A stretch of 64,000 nt of DNA from NCBI GenBank assembly GCA_037447605.1, contig CM074804.1, positions 3,263,909-3,327,908 on the forward strand, given 5' to 3'. A program made the position numbers and the translations under genes. Below the pieces are notes generated by a model. The model saw nothing but the letters and a program-made list of their open reading frames with translations, made no database searches and had not been told where the DNA came from. The DNA is from Zygnema circumcarinatum SAG 698-1b (lineage: Eukaryota; Plantae; Zygnematophyceae). Of this stretch, positions 1 to 14,800 are shown piece by piece. Each line of letters begins with the position of its first letter. The first letter of the stretch is position 1.

Positions 1-3000
1 CCCGAGCAGATGGCAGCGTGCATGGCTGCCAAATCTGCTGTCTTGAATGCGGTCTTGTCGGAGGTTTACACCGCTGCTTCCAACCCTGTTCGACGAGCGC
101 TGATGCTGCTGGAGCATGGCCGCGTAGCAAGAATCCTCCCGGGTGGCTCTGTGACTTCGTCTTTGGAGGTTGTGCAGGAGGCTGTGGAACTGCTGGTATG
201 TCCCCAGTTGCAGTTTTGCTGCTGGAATCCGGAATTGTCTGTGACAAACTGAGGAGGCTCTGCTGTAATGTGTAGGCCAACTGATGTTGCGGTAAAAAAT
301 CTTTGCTCTGGACCCAATGCTATCTCACGGAAAACATCTGCCTGTTACAGGAGAAATGTATGTCAAAAAAATCAAGCAACACGTTTGCAAAAGGGGAATG
401 GCGCAAGCTAGAGGACTGCTGCGCTACGGCTCACTGTATACGGGCACTATGCTTGCGGGAGGCACATCCAGAATCTAAGGTTGGTCAAGTTTGTATGCTG
501 TTCTGGTCTCGGAGTAAAGCGAAGCATCTCACTCTAAGTCAGTCGATACCACGGATTGACGCTTGGACTATCCAGGAGTGGTCAAACTTCGCGACTGAAA
601 TGTCTCCTCCTTTTCGCTAAGAACAGCATGTGTTTCTGGATTTGTAGGGGTAGCATTAGTCCATAAGTGTCTAGAAGACATGTGTAACCATCTTAGTGAA
701 GAGTCCAAACCTGGAAAAAATCATCTGTCTCCCATACACTGGTTGGTATGAATCTAACAGTCACATTTGAGGAGGATATTTCTCATGCAGGTGTTCATGA
801 TCGACATAAATCGAGCTATCTCGCTCTGGCAAAGCATTTTCGGATGGAACGATGTGGTGCCCCTAAGTGTATCCAAAAAGAAGTCGCCAGAAGAAAAGAA
901 GATGCTTCTTCAGCGAGTGCATTCAGTTTCAACATCCGTGAATTTGCTCATGGCGGTTGCTGACCTAATGGCCTTAGAGGTAAGCTAAGGTGACATGCTT
1001 AAGTTCTATATTCAGGACAGAGGAAAATGGGGAACTGGGCAACTCGGGTTATTTTAACCCGAGTTTTCACCGGTGTTACCGATTGAGTCATCTGCGTGTA
1101 GGTACACTCACATGCTAACAAAGTGAGAGCTTGCGGAAGTTAAATGCTGCATTCTTCATCTTCTGACGAGGATTGTTAAAGTGAAGTCTGCCACTGTGCG
1201 AGAGCTCAAAACCCTCCTGCGCTGTCCATAGCTGTCGGCCCTACTGTTTGGAATGTGCTGATCATGCATCTCGTTGCTATCGCAGAATCAGGCCTCAACA
1301 CAACAGCAAGCTCATTACCTAGCCATATCCCTTGCTGCCTTAGCCGACAATGAGCAGTTGGCACTTTCGCATATCCGACTCCTTGCAGATGCGAGGTTGA
1401 GTCACATCTTGTGCCCAGTGCCCTGCATGACTCTGGGACTCCTTGGCAGCTCTGATGAGACAGAAGACACTGCGCAACACCTCGAGGACTTGCAGCTATC
1501 TGCTCATAACGTGTCGCCTGGCTCGCTTTTAGATGCTTGGCTTCTTCTCTTCAAGGGCTCAGTATCAGGCACTTGGCATTCATCACAAAAAGTCAATCTA
1601 CCGGACAGCTGGGGCACATCTGCAGACCGAGCAGTTCAAGAAATGCGACTGTCATGCGCCGCTCATGTGAGTTACAAAATGTCTCTGAGCTCATAAGGTA
1701 CGACTGAGCTTTTGTAGTTGAAACAAGTTGTCTTTGGATGGAACTGGCACTCCTTAAGTTCGGATGTCAAATGACAATTGTCTTGAATGGGATGCAACCA
1801 AATAATAGCGTCAGATCTGGAACAAAATCTAGTGATGGACCAGTGACTGCTGCTAGGTGTGCAATAGGAGCCTGCTATACAAGTATGTATAGAATTCGGG
1901 TGTATAGATTCTCTGCCTTACTGAATGGCATGAACCCGATACTGAGTTTGTTTGCTCCATCAATGCGTATGCCATTTGAAGACGACATCGTGCTCAACCG
2001 AGGAGTAGGCCTTCTCGAGACTTGACCGATCATTAAGTCATGCTCGCTTAAGGTCTCTGAGATTGGAGCTATACTGCACAAGCACGGACTGTTGGGGTCG
2101 CAGGGATTGCAACACGAAAAATGAGAAACGCACGTCTTAACTTGCCTGTGCACCTTGTTGCTATTGCAGCCACGCCGAACCGTACAAGTTCTTGTTCGAG
2201 ACGGTGGGCTGAATTATCTTTTAGCAAGTCGTGCATTGGAATTCGGCCTTGTAGACAAAGTGAGTCTTCATCCATCTACTAAATCGTACCTTTCAAAGAG
2301 TCGTCATGGGCGTTTTCCTAAGTATGCTCGTCGATCATTGTCAGCTGACTTAACATAGGCGAAGAAAGACATTGGTGTTCTCATCTGCAATTTGTCTTTT
2401 TGTTGTTAATAATAGCCCAGGATAAGTTCCTATTTCAGGGACTGATACCCATTCTGCTTTCTGATGAATAGCTTTCTGTTCTCATGTAAATGCAGGCGCT
2501 CCAATACTCGACTGACGCCCTAAAGCTACGGTTCACAGTTTTCAGCTATATGTTCAGCGAAAAAGACGAGCCGCCACCAGAGTTTAAGGAAGAGTCCCCA
2601 CAGCCACCAAAGGTGCCATCTTTGTCAGCCACGGGGGACGGTCTCAAGTCAACCTGGCCATCTCTTAAAGTCTCTCAGCTGGAGGATGCCATCAACGAAG
2701 GGGGGGTTATCTCCAATCAGTGGCGCATTTTAGGAGACTATTTGGAGAGCTTGTTTCAGGTAAAGTGCTTGGCAAACCTTACTTCTCGCTGGATGAGGAA
2801 CCATTATTGATTTTCCTGACGGCCCTATCGGTCACTAGTTTTACGACATTTTTATTTATTTATTTTTATCTTGAGGTTCACCTGATGCTGAGATTATCGG
2901 AAGTGGAGTTCTTACCTGGTGATTAACATTTGAACTCTATAAATCCGAAGTCGCTGAGTGACAAAGTGCATGTGAAATGCAGATAGGCACTGTTTCCGAG

Positions 3001-6000
3001 CTTTCTGGCTTGGTTGATGAAGCTGAAAAGCATTTCAAGGCTGGTCACCGGATAGCAACAGCATTGGAGTTTGTGCATCTGCAAGCATCGTTCGCTTCGG
3101 CGCTAGGTCAGAAGTCCTCTCCTCCTCTGGCTAGGCCCACAAGCATCTTTCTTGATGCATGATAATGAGACGCAACAGAATACATTCTATTTTGAAAGAG
3201 AAGGCCGCAGAAACAAGTCAAGTGTGTTGATGCCCACCATATTGACCATGATACAGGAGAGACTCATCGCAAGCAACACAAATGGGTCGCAGCAGAGAAA
3301 GTATTCGAAACTGCAGCTTCAGCTTTGCAACGGCTGCAGAATTTGCATGTTTTAGGCCAATGCCACCCTTGCTGGTCCATCTGCCAGGCAGATTTACATC
3401 GCCGTATGGGAGATTTAGCAAGACGAAGGAATGACATCCTCCCGAAAAACCATGAAGAAGATTGTCATAGTGCAAAACTATCAAACCTGAAGTCCGCACA
3501 AGGAGCAGCATTGCCCAATAATAAGGCAGCGACTAGTGAGAGAAAGGAAACTATGAATGATGCAGGATTCAAAATGGGTGCTTCTGATAACAAGGCGGTT
3601 GTTGTAGCTCTCAAGCACTATGCTGCTGCAGAGTCTTTCCTCGCGCTGTTGCTCCCAGATCATGCCGGCGTGGCGCAGGTGCAGTTGTCAGCGGCGAAAC
3701 AGGAAGAGCCCGGACAATCACCTACTGTAACCCAAGATAGCTCTGTGACTGAAGAAGGGGAGAAGCAGGGGAAACGAGCACTGGTGAGCAAGAGCAAAGG
3801 TTCAAAGCGAGGAAAAGCACAGGGGATGAGTCAGAACGATACACGACCGAGAAGCGGCAGTAATGTAGAGGAGAAAACGCATTCTGGTTTGTCTTATGCT
3901 GAGGGGCAGTCCAGAGCAGATGTAGAAGTGGATAGTAGTGAGGTATTTAATGGAACTGGCCGGAAAATTCGGACACGTCGGCGGGTTCAAAAGGTGATAA
4001 AGACAGACAAGGTTAAAGAAAATGGGGTGATGCAGCTTGCAACTACGAAGGCAGTAAATGTGGCATTTACAGCTTCTTGTGAAACAGGGAGCGGAATCTC
4101 ACATAGGGACAAGAATGACACTACTCTAAAAGGCTTCTCAGTTGAAGAGTGTACCTGTGCAGAACTTGATCAGTCAGTGACATCTGAGCTAAAGTCGCAA
4201 TTGTCGCTCGATCAGTTTATTGAGGGGACATTTCATGATGAGGTCAGACGCAAGTGGGCTCTGAGCATATGGCGGTCCTGCGCAGAAGGAAAGCTGGCCA
4301 GACTGCTGGTCCAACAAGGTGAGACTTTACATGGTATTCCGTCTTTGCTTTTTGCAGTATATTCATGAAACTCTGGATTCTGTTCTGGGTGTCTTCCAAG
4401 GTTTGCATGCTTTGGACAGTCCTAGTTTGATTTCTAATGACTCACTGGAATTGTACAATCATCGAGGTGGAAATTTTTAAGATAGAACTCTACTGCCTAG
4501 AATCCATGCATCGCTGTCACGACTATGACTCGGTCTATTGTGTAGCATGCACTGTGCCTGAAATTGTAGATGAGATTTTCATTCTTTGCACAGTTTTTGT
4601 ACTTGTTCAGGAAAATGCTATGTTTCAATCGGACACCTGCAAACGGCAGAGGAATGTTTTGACCTTGCTGGCAAGACTGTTCAACACAGCTCAGGCTCGC
4701 CAGAAACCTATGGAATCCCACTAGACCAAGAGGCTAATTATCCTCGTCATCCTATTGAGGAAGCGGCTTTGTTGCTCAACAAGAGCCGTCTGAAACTGAG
4801 ACGGCGCTGCAGAGAAGGTTCTACCATGGCAGGAATGCATCACTCGGACGTGCTAAGAAATTGCCAAACCAATGCTGTAGAAGATCTGGGTAAAATATTT
4901 GACTGGCTACATCGAGCGTTCAAGTTGTGCCTTCATGTTCCGATTCTGCTGATGGAGGTATGGCCTTGCATCAGACAGGAGAATACTTATTAATCTGTGG
5001 AATGGGACGAACATCTGAAGTTCATTTTTTTTTGTTTTTAGCTTTCTTGTTCAACATCTTGGCTACTTCCGTTAGCCTATACTCATTCAGCAACCTTGAT
5101 GAATTTGGCAGATTGCAAGTCTTTTGGCGATTCTCTACTCCGCCCCTGTAGGCAGCAAGTGGTTGCAGTCCATTCTGCCATCCAATAAAGGTCCATGGGC
5201 AACTGCAGCGTTGTTCCACGGAGTTTCAGTTGGAATGACGTCACTCCAGCAACACATCACTGTTATGGAATCCAAGCTGCAGAGCCAACCAAAGAAAAAC
5301 ATGAAGGTGGGCATCATCATGGAATGCTCGTGAAAGTTTCACGTCTGTCTTGTTTGATTGAATCAGGAGAAAATTGCTCATGCTGTTCCAGATTTTGGAG
5401 AGAAGGGAATCTGGACGATATGGGGGGAGAAAATGCTGGTGTCCTTTGGGAGGTCTATGTATGTTACAAGTTAAAAAGTAGACAGCTTAAAAGGCCAGGA
5501 ATTCAAAGGTTGCTCTTGCGCTAATCTGATTTCTTCACAGAATGTAGACAGTTCTGCGTAGATCACCTGCACCGTTTTTTTTTTCTTTGGAAACCCTTTG
5601 AATCCACACGAGTTGTGTCTTGAAAATGGCTCCGTGTAAAGTTTTTCGTTTATGATCAGTCTTTCATTCCAACGTTGTTTTCATTTTGCTTTGTTTCCAG
5701 CTTAGTCAGCAGGAAGAACAGTCCTTATCCGACAGCAACTCAGAAGCTGCTAAGCTGTACTACAAGGATATGCTGGAAGCTCTCCGGTAAGCTTTTGTGA
5801 AATTGCAAGAATCGCAAAAGAAGAAGCCAGAAAATTTGTTTGCACATGTAGAGCCCTCTAAACAACTTCAGAATCTTGCTTGCATCCAACAATTCACAAA
5901 TTTCATTCAAGCTCACGAAGGTCCCACAGAGTTTCCCACACTGTCAGATTTCAGATAAAGTCGAAGGGGCCAAGCAGATTGATCTTAGAACGAATTTTAG

Positions 6001-9000
6001 TACTTGAATGCTGGTTGTTAACGGTTTGGGTCAATGTAAGAATTGGCTCTTCGTCGGACTTTTGCAGCATATTAATTGGATGGTGAATCTAGATAAAATC
6101 TCCCGGAGAAAAGCCCCTGAAAACGAAGGTGTGCGCCCCCCAAAGCATTCGAGTAGGCTGTATAATAGTACTGATTGATTGATCGATCTCCACTTTACAG
6201 GCTTGTCTCAACGGCAATAGATAGCCCAAATCTCGAAGACTTCTTCAATTGTCACGTCGCATCGAAGCTACCGGCGGGCTTGACCCTTTGCTGTATCACT
6301 GCCGTAGACCTCGGAAAGGCGGGCCTGCTCCCTGCACCGGAACTGGACCCGGAAGCTGAACCTGAAGTTACTGAGTCCAGCTGCCTTTTAATTTCTAGAA
6401 TTGCGAATGGACGGATGCCAGTTGTCCTACTGCTGCCAAGTACAATAGACAACTCAAAAGGTGAGTTTCAAAACATCTAAAACAGAATAATCATATGTTT
6501 CGGAATATGGTGCTGTATACAAGCACTATTGTGTTAATAGAGTTCAGGCCGGCCAATAAGTTAAGTACTGGTACTGGTACTTAAGTACTGGTTTAAGCCC
6601 CTATAATCGATGAACTGCATAATCTTGTTTACAATACTCTGTCCACTTCGAGTCCTCGAACTTCACCATCGGATTTGCTATGCAATCCTCGTCCCTTTGC
6701 GAACAATCACATATATTGAGGACCAATTGGCCCCTGACAACTATAAACTTCATTGGCGACCAGAGAGTGTAGTGGCCACATATTGCTAGATGTTTCAAGA
6801 TACTCTGCCATGTAAACTGGCCCTTACTATGTCCACTTAAAGCGTTGCTGGCTGTTAACCCTCCATCGCTCTCTCACTGATCGTTGCTTTCTGTTTCACA
6901 GATGGTGATAACGACTTCAGTGATGATGACTTGAGTGACGTTAGCAGCGTTTGCAACTCATCTGGATTTGCCACCCCAACAAAGTCAACACCTATAATTT
7001 ATCTTTTATCCTCGGACAGTGATGAAGAAGGTAGTGGTATTGAACAGCAGATAACTCGAGGCATGAAAGGAGGAGAGAGGAAAGCTTCAGATGCGTACCA
7101 AAATTTTTCTGGCGAGCAACCCCTGGGAGTGAAGAAGCTCGTCTCGGAGTTCCTAGCCATCATGCATGAAAGTGAAAAATCCACAAGTAGCAATCAGAAG
7201 ATGGAGACAAAGGAGGAGAAGGCTGCGTGGTGGAAATGGCGCTTGAACTTGGACCTCCGCTTAGAGTCTCTCCTCAGGTGTGAACAGCTTTGCTTGCACG
7301 CGTGAAACGCATGGTCATTGCACTACCTGATGACCTTCTGTTCAGCAGGCATCGTCTGGTTTTTGTGCTTTTTCTGTCAAAAGCTCGTGGTATGCCAAAC
7401 ACTTGAACTAATCTCACGATTTAATTCGATTTCAAACTTGCAGAAACATTGAAGAGAGGTGGCTTGGTGCTTGGAAATGTCTGCTCTTGCCGGAGCCTGC
7501 CGATGTTTTCGAGGCGGCTGAGCTTCAGGCTCGTTCCAGGGCCCTTACTTCTCTCATGATGGTGAAGGCTGGGGAAGTTGTGGGCCATAAAGAGGAGATC
7601 GCGAGTATGCGACCCACACAGTTTGATGAAGAGATTGTTCGACTGCTAGTGCTTGGGGCCGGAAGCATCTCAGACGAACAGTTGAGGGATGCAATAATTC
7701 AGATATTGGATCGCATGACAGCTGCCATCTACCGCCAATCTCAGGAAGAAGAAAATGCAGCGTACAAAATGGTGAGTGTTCGACGGAATGTGAAAGAGGA
7801 GTTGGAAGGGAAGTTTCAGAACTTGGTGCAAAAGAAGTCAGTGCAGGAGCTGGTTGAGGCCTTCCTAGTGACATATGCAAAAGCTTCTTGGAGAAAAGAA
7901 CCTGAAGGAGATAACTCTAGCAAAGGAGAGGTGGTTGAGGAAACTCCACGAGTGGCAAGGGGAAGACGAAGAGCTAAAGCGAAAAGAGATGGAGCTTTGG
8001 CTCCTGATCCTGAGCCGGAGGGGCACCTCAATAAGCAAGCGACTGGGCACTCAAAACGACACGCTTTAGAGCTCCTGCTTGATGGGAATCTACAGGTACT
8101 GCCTTTCACTTAGCTTGGGACTCCGGGATGCATATGGTGTAATCTGTTGCAACAGGCTAGTCGTTGAATAGTTGCGATCGATAGCAAATATTACTGGAAA
8201 ACCATCCCGCTCGCTATTTGTTGCAAATTGCAAGTATTACGCGCACCAAATTTCTGCACCTTGCAGAGAATTGGGACATGACCGCCTGTACAACTTGTGA
8301 CTGTGATACTAATGTGTAATCTTTTCACTGCACGTAAATGGGATGTAGATGAGTTGAGATGTATGAATGAACTCTGAAGAAATGCACGCTTGAAGGCTAG
8401 AAGCAGGGGCAGGGTGGTCATTTGAGTGTGCATGTGCTTGCACGTTAGAAATACTTCTGTGCAGCAGTTTGTGACGCTATTTTGAGCTTTTCTCTCCTTG
8501 GTGCCGATATCTTGCAGGTTCTCCCTTGGGAAAATATTCCCTCCCTTCGTGGTGGACGAATCTATCGAATGCCAAGCATCCCTTCCGTGCTCGCTCTTCT
8601 TGCCCATTCTCGTCATACAAAAGCGGACAGATTTGCTGAACTCCCGGCAGACCTGCCATCGGGGTCGAGGTTTAGAAGCGTTCTTGGCGATGTGCCCGAC
8701 ATGCAATGTAGGAGTGAGGAGCTTGAGAGAGGGGGGAATTCGTGGGAACGTGTGCCTGCTGCAATTGACCCTCAAAAGGCGTTCTACCTCCTCAACCCGA
8801 GTGGAGATCTGGTGGCAACGCAAGCCGCTTTTCAGGAATGGTTTGCAGCTCAGCAGGGATGGCAGGTAAGCTGAGGGTCAGAGAATTCGAGTTATGGGAT
8901 CGTTTGGCTCTGTTGCTTGGCTCTGTCTCATCATGAACTGCAGATTCAAAGTATATTCATCTCGCTGGTCTCATTGGAGGGGCACGTTTTAATGCTCATT

Positions 9001-10298
9001 TTCCACCTCCTGCAACTGACAAGTGTTGAACAGAAAATTGAAGGCGCTCTGAACTTTTGCCTTGCGGATCTCAGGCTTGCATTTTGAGCGTGTTTCATCA
9101 AGGTCCAATATTGATACCTGTTTCGGCTTCCTGTGGCTCTTTACACTAATCTCAGGAGATTAGCAAGTACGCAGCTGACACTGACACGTTTCGCTTTCCC
9201 TCTCTCAAACTGCAGGGCACAGTCGGTCAAGTTCCAAGCGCGGAGGATTTTTCTTCAGCTCTCCAAAATCACGATCTGTTTGTTTATTGTGGTCATGGCA
9301 GTGGTATGAAACACACACGAAAGGGCATGTCAAGCTTGTTTTCGAATACGTCTGTGCTTCATATTCTGCAATATTGCACCATTTGGCACTTAACACCGGA
9401 AAACCCAAACACGTCTGGCCTCATTATTTCCATTTCAAACATTAACATGCCGGTATTTGCGTGTTTCGATTCACTCGGACAGTTTTCGCTGGTTGTACAG
9501 TGTCCTAGGACCATGGACTTTTGCCTCTTCTACTAATGGTCTAAGTTGTAGTGCAGCACTCAGAAGTCGTATCCTCTACCAAGAGAAAACTAATAGCAAG
9601 CTTCTGCTCTATGCACTGCAGGAGAGCAGTTTTTTCCAGCCAAAAGCCTTCGAAAGCTCTCCAAATGTGCAGCTGCGTTCCTCATGGGGTGCAGCAGTGG
9701 CAAACTTTCATTGCGCGGAGACTACGAGCCTGTGGGCATTCCACTTGCCTATTTTATGGCTGGATGCCCCGCCTCTGTTGCCAATCTGTGGGATGTCACA
9801 GACGGAGACATCGACAGATTTAGTCGAGCTGTGTTGGAGGAGTGGCTCAGCAAAAGGTCAGTTCTGCAAGAGGGCAGCAGCATATCCGATTCAACGAGTG
9901 AGAGCGAAGGAAAGGGAGGCCAGTCCCTTGGAGATGGGGAAAGGGTAGTCACAAGGTACCGTCGTAAGAGGGACCCGTCTGTGCCAGTCAGTGGAAGAAT
10001 CGGAGGAGAATCGCATCCACCAATAGATACAAGTGGAGCCAGAACACATAATTTGGGCGGGAGATCAGACCGGAGCCTGAAGATAGCAGATACCTCGTTG
10101 TGCGGAAGACGTGGTCCTGGTTATGGAGCAGCATCTGCAGCGAAGGTCCCACCCTTTGAAGCATGTTTAAGTACAGCAATCATTGGAGGGCGTCGAGCAT
10201 GCCGACTAAGACACCTTATTGGATCTGCACCGGTTTGCTATGGGATACCAGCAATGCTGCTGAAAGATGCCCCTTGCGAAAAGTCTTTGGGTCAATAG
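1..10298 (+). CDS. ESP1: Separase (peptidase C50), multi-exon; 5' part lies outside the window
   Basis: Spliced exons give WWKWRLNLDLRLESLLR|NIEERWLGAWK, LPWENIPSLR...RMPS, AFYLLNPSGDL, HDLFVYCGHGSG (catalytic His codon 9294-9296), LMGCSSG (catalytic Cys codon 9690-9692), VANLWDVTDGDIDRF and LIGSAPVCYGIP. The stop ends at 10298. Confidence 0.95.
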
Positions 10299-11813
10299 CC
10301 AGCTCTTAGTGCTCGAAGGGCAGGGTTGTTTGTCAATACTTGATGGTGCAAGCAAGAACGGTTGCGACCCCCTTTCCTAGTGACGAGGGTCCATAGATGC
10401 TCCAGGGAGGAGCTGGAAGCTGCGTAGCTGTGGAAAAGGTAGCATATGGAGTAAAAATAAGGCAGCAGTGGAATATGGAATTTGTACAAAAAAAATATAT
10501 CATTAAAGTGGAATTGTTGGGAAACCCCAGGTTCGACAATGGAAAGGACAGTAGATAAAGATGTTAGTTTCAAGAAACACTCAAGACTTCCATTGTCATT
10601 TGCTGTCTCTTCTAAGCTTGGGAGTGGCTCAGGCTTTGGGAACACTGTTGAACCGACCATATATGAAGACAGAGACAATTTTATCGCCGTCGGTAAATAA
10701 AAATCTTCAAGTACACTTTACGGCCACTAACTACTCTGCTTATAGATGCAAAAAATAATTTTCTACCCCCCTATTCCTTTTTCGTTCTCTGGTTTGTGTT
10801 CCAACCGCACGAGGAGAAGAGGACAAAGGAGGAGAAAGAGAGGGAGGATGAAAAATGTTCTGCATCTCGTTCTGCATGTCAGCCTGAAACTTCTTTTGAG
10901 CTTAAAAATCTACAAAATGCTTCAGCAGTCTCACTTCTCTTAACATTTCATAGAAACGATTGAATGAAAGTCTATACGCCTTGTAACCGCCTCCTTATAT
11001 ACCAAATCTCTCTTCTCTCTCATGAGCTTGCAAATGGTTCACGGTTTGAAGGCTCTGCTGAGTCCCTTGTTCACCGAGACACACCCCTCCGCGTTGCAAG
11101 GCACGAGGAAAGTGGGAAGAGGCGGGCCCTGCCCTGCCCTCCCAGGGCCTCCTCCCACAGCCAGCCCCTAGGACTGGCTCCCTCAAGAGTCGCACGAGAG
11201 AGGGCCCGCCCTTGCTTCGAGACATCGGGATATATCGGGACGCTATAAGAGCGGCCGCGAGGAGTGGCGCGGTCCGTACGGAAGAAGATTTTCCCGGTGC
11301 TACCCGAACTAGGGATGGATATTTATGACGCAGTGTCGTGTGTGTATTAGAATTCCAATCAAAATTGTAAAAGTCAGGCCGTTTTATAAAACACTTTTAG
11401 AATGGCCTTACAATATTATGTCCGTATAATCGTACGAAAAACCTCCGACGGGCAGCGCCAATTCACCGACCGTATGACCTTTATGTTCCGTTCAAATGCA
11501 GCGGGCGTACGGCCGTTCTTAAAGTGTTTTAAGACTGAAACTTTTGGATATTAGAACGTTCTAATTTTGAAATCTAAAACTCTAAAAGTCCCTTGTACGG
11601 ACTTTTGCCGTCCCTAGCCCGAACAATGTTTTTGCGCACCTCCATACGGTACGGCATTCGTACGGACACCCAACGATCGGACAACTCGCGGAGCCCCGCT
11701 GGCGGGCCGCTCGATCCGCGCCCGCGTGATAACCAACCGCGGCACGCCACGTAGACAAGAAGCCCGGTGGCCCCGGCCTCGCTGGCACTGCCCTGCAGCT
11801 GCAGCCCGTCGTC

Positions 11814-11848
<35 letters not shown>

Positions 11849-11875
11849 CTCCCTGTACCCTTCTCGCTCTTCCTC

Positions 11876-14800
11876 ATGGTGGCTCTTTCGCCGACGACGT
11901 CACTTGGCCGCAGTTCCTTTGTTCCTGTACGTCGCCTACTCTCGCCTCTTGCTTCATACGCACACCTCTCAACCCCCTCTGCATTGTTGTTTCATTCAAT
12001 ATCGAAACAAGTATCGTATACTTATGCATGATAAGTATACATATATATTTTTTTATTATTTAGATATACATATATATTTTTTTATATATTTTGATTGGTA
12101 TGCATGTATTTTTCTGCAGTTTGCACGATATGTTCACATGAAAGCACAATGCGGTCGATTTGTCTAAATTGTAACCTTCGTGTTTCCTTAACTGAAAGTT
12201 TCCAGAAACTTTCACTTGAACTTGTTTCCGTCATTCCTCTACGGCATGCAACGCAGGGAACTTACGGAATCAATGAGTCAAAATTTGGAAGCTGCTCCGT
12301 CAGACAACGCAGGACCAATGTGGAAAGATATTCAGTGCAGACTTTTGCAAGTGTGGCATCGCCCGAAGTGAAAAACTCCGACCTGAATGCTCCTGATAAA
12401 GAATACACTCCCTCTGGCATGTCATCTATGAATGTGATGACTGTTGCAGTCAACTCTCTCTTCTCTTTTCAGGTAAACGTTCAAGAAGAGCCTGATTTAG
12501 TTGCTTTTGAACAGTAACTTTACTTGTTTGTTATATTCATTGCCCGTTTCTTTTTCAAATCAAACCAGAAAACTACACATAATTAGTTCCATTCTGTTTT
12601 TTTTCGCTTATGACGAGCCGTGCTTTACTCTCAATATTCTGCTTTTGAGGCTGTCACCGCCCGTGTTTGTTTTGCCAGTTTGCGTATTTAAAATTAGCAG
12701 CCAAATGTCTAGTTTGCTAAACCAAACAAGAACAACAACAACAACAAGAACACTTGTTATGGTTTGAAAGTTTTGAAAGAAACGAAGGTCAGGCTTGGGG
12801 TTACCTGACCTATAACAACGCCTCTGTAAGCAAAAACTGAATCATTTATAGGCATACGAACTATCAGGCTAATAGCACCAACATGGTAATCCACTAATGG
12901 AAAAAATCGGGCCGCAATCGTCAACCATTAGTATTAGAAGCTCGAATGCGTAGTGCAACAAGTTTTCCTAATATCGTCTCCAATGCAAGTTGGATTTGTA
13001 AGAGATAGTCTTGGCAAAAATTGGCATATGTATGTTTGAGGCAACAGTCATTTCGTAAAACAATGTTGTTGCAAAACATCTAACTCGATTTCTTCCGGCC
13101 CAGTCAAGTTCACGCGCGAAGTACGAAAACTGTGCGTCTGGGTGTGCAGCCCTTTTTTAGATTTGCTGCCAGCAAGGCTCGGGAGATGATGGTTAAGCGC
13201 GGGGATGTTATCGGCTACCCCTGGGCCCCTGCCTTGTCCAAACTCCGAGAACATGATTGGGAAGCAGAGGCCAAGCAGATTGAACGAGTGGATTTGGAGT
13301 ACCCTGAGTATTACATCAAGCCGTTCCATGCTTACGAGAAAGGAAATCTTTCGTGGGATGCAGCACTAGAGGCGGACCTTGCAGCACGATCAGTGCATGC
13401 TACTGTCTTCGACCCCTCAGTATGCTCCGCTGCCTCTCTGATGCATTCATTTCTGCTAAAACTGCTGAAGGAGTTCGCTTTCAGCTGACTAGGAATTCAG
13501 GAATGTTCTTCGTTCTGCTTTGCCCATGGGAAGTAACTTAAGGTCACTTTACGGTGATCACTTGAACAAATCCAAATACAGTGCTCTGATCTTTGGAGCT
13601 CCTTCGATTGCCATGGCAGAGGGAGGCTATGGATTCCGCTGGAGACTCGAAGATGCGGCAAAGTTATCATCAGAAGATGAAGAGTCTATTGAGGTTGCCT
13701 GGTGGAGCCCCCAGGAACATAGTAGATGTGGGCTGCGCCACTGGCCTGAGCACTTTCGCGTTACATGAAGTGAGGGTTCAAACACATATTTTGCTGGCCT
13801 TTGAAGTTGACTCTTCTTTGTGCTTTCTTTCGCTGATTATTTCTCTTTAAGAAATAGTCCTTTGATCTCACTTTTGGGGGATGTGCTCCTGTATGTGTGT
13901 GCTTCCAATTGACTTGCGTTTCTGTCACTTTCACTGGCTTTCTTCATTCGCGAAACATGTTAACATGAATATCATCAATGAATATTAATTTGAACCTTGT
14001 TGGCATCCCTGTGAGAATCATTTTGAAGGTCCACCATTACTGTGAACTCATCAAAGTTCTCAACAGGAGTTTGCCCCTTTTAGTGATCAAGCCATAGGCA
14101 TTGCTGAACATGGAGGGAGAGGCGTTTGGCTCCACGCAAAAGTCCTGGTTTCTTTAGGGTTAGGATTAGGGTTAGGGTTCAGAGTTTAGGATTGCTTTTG
14201 AAGTTACTTTACAAAAATGTGTGGTGACGGGATTTATCGAGGTATTGGTGGTTTGCATCCTTTTCGACAGTTCTTGTGTTCTCTGACCTCTCCTTTGTGA
14301 ATGGTGGCATGGTGGTCGCAGACATTCCCTGAAGCAAAGCTGATTGGATTGGACCTATCACCATATTTTCTTTCTGTTGCCAACTACAAACTACGACAGA
14401 TACTTGCGGAGGTACATTGCATTTTACTCTCGTTCACTACATCTCCTTATCGTGCCTCTGCTTTTTCTCTTTTCCCTTGAGTCGCTTCTTGCACTCTCCT
14501 CCTTTTCCGGTTCTCCCTCTCCACTCTGCAGTTCCACCATTTCCAACCGTTCCCTCGATTTTATCCCTTTTTTTCCTCCGACCTGGCCAACTCCAGGACA
14601 CATTCAAACTTTCTGGTCGGCTCCTTTCTGGATAGGTTGGCATATCCTTTCTACCCCAAGATTATTGTGCACATGTGCACTGATTCTTGCGCTTGAAGCT
14701 GCTGGAACTTGTGGTGGCAGGGCAGCCAGCTGCAAGTGCAGTTCAAACATGCGGCTGGGGAAGCAACGGGACTGCCGTCTGAGTCTGTTGACCTCGTCTC

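Noticed and set aside
6560-6598. Short palindrome ttaagtac...gtacttaa in a separase intron (and aggtcagg...cctgacct near 12787)
   Set aside because: Eight-bp stems are expected by chance or from TE debris; there is no supporting context.
9850-10160. About 100-aa insertion in the separase C-terminus
   Set aside because: A variable low-complexity insert at this position is usual in plant separases, so it is not novel.
12410-12480. Possible GC-AG donor in the methyltransferase
   Set aside because: The exon continues to a canonical GT donor after 12472, giving VNSLFSFQ|PFF in frame.
14153-14193. Chromosome end
   Set aside because: Short, degenerate and inside an intron of an intact gene, so it is interstitial only.
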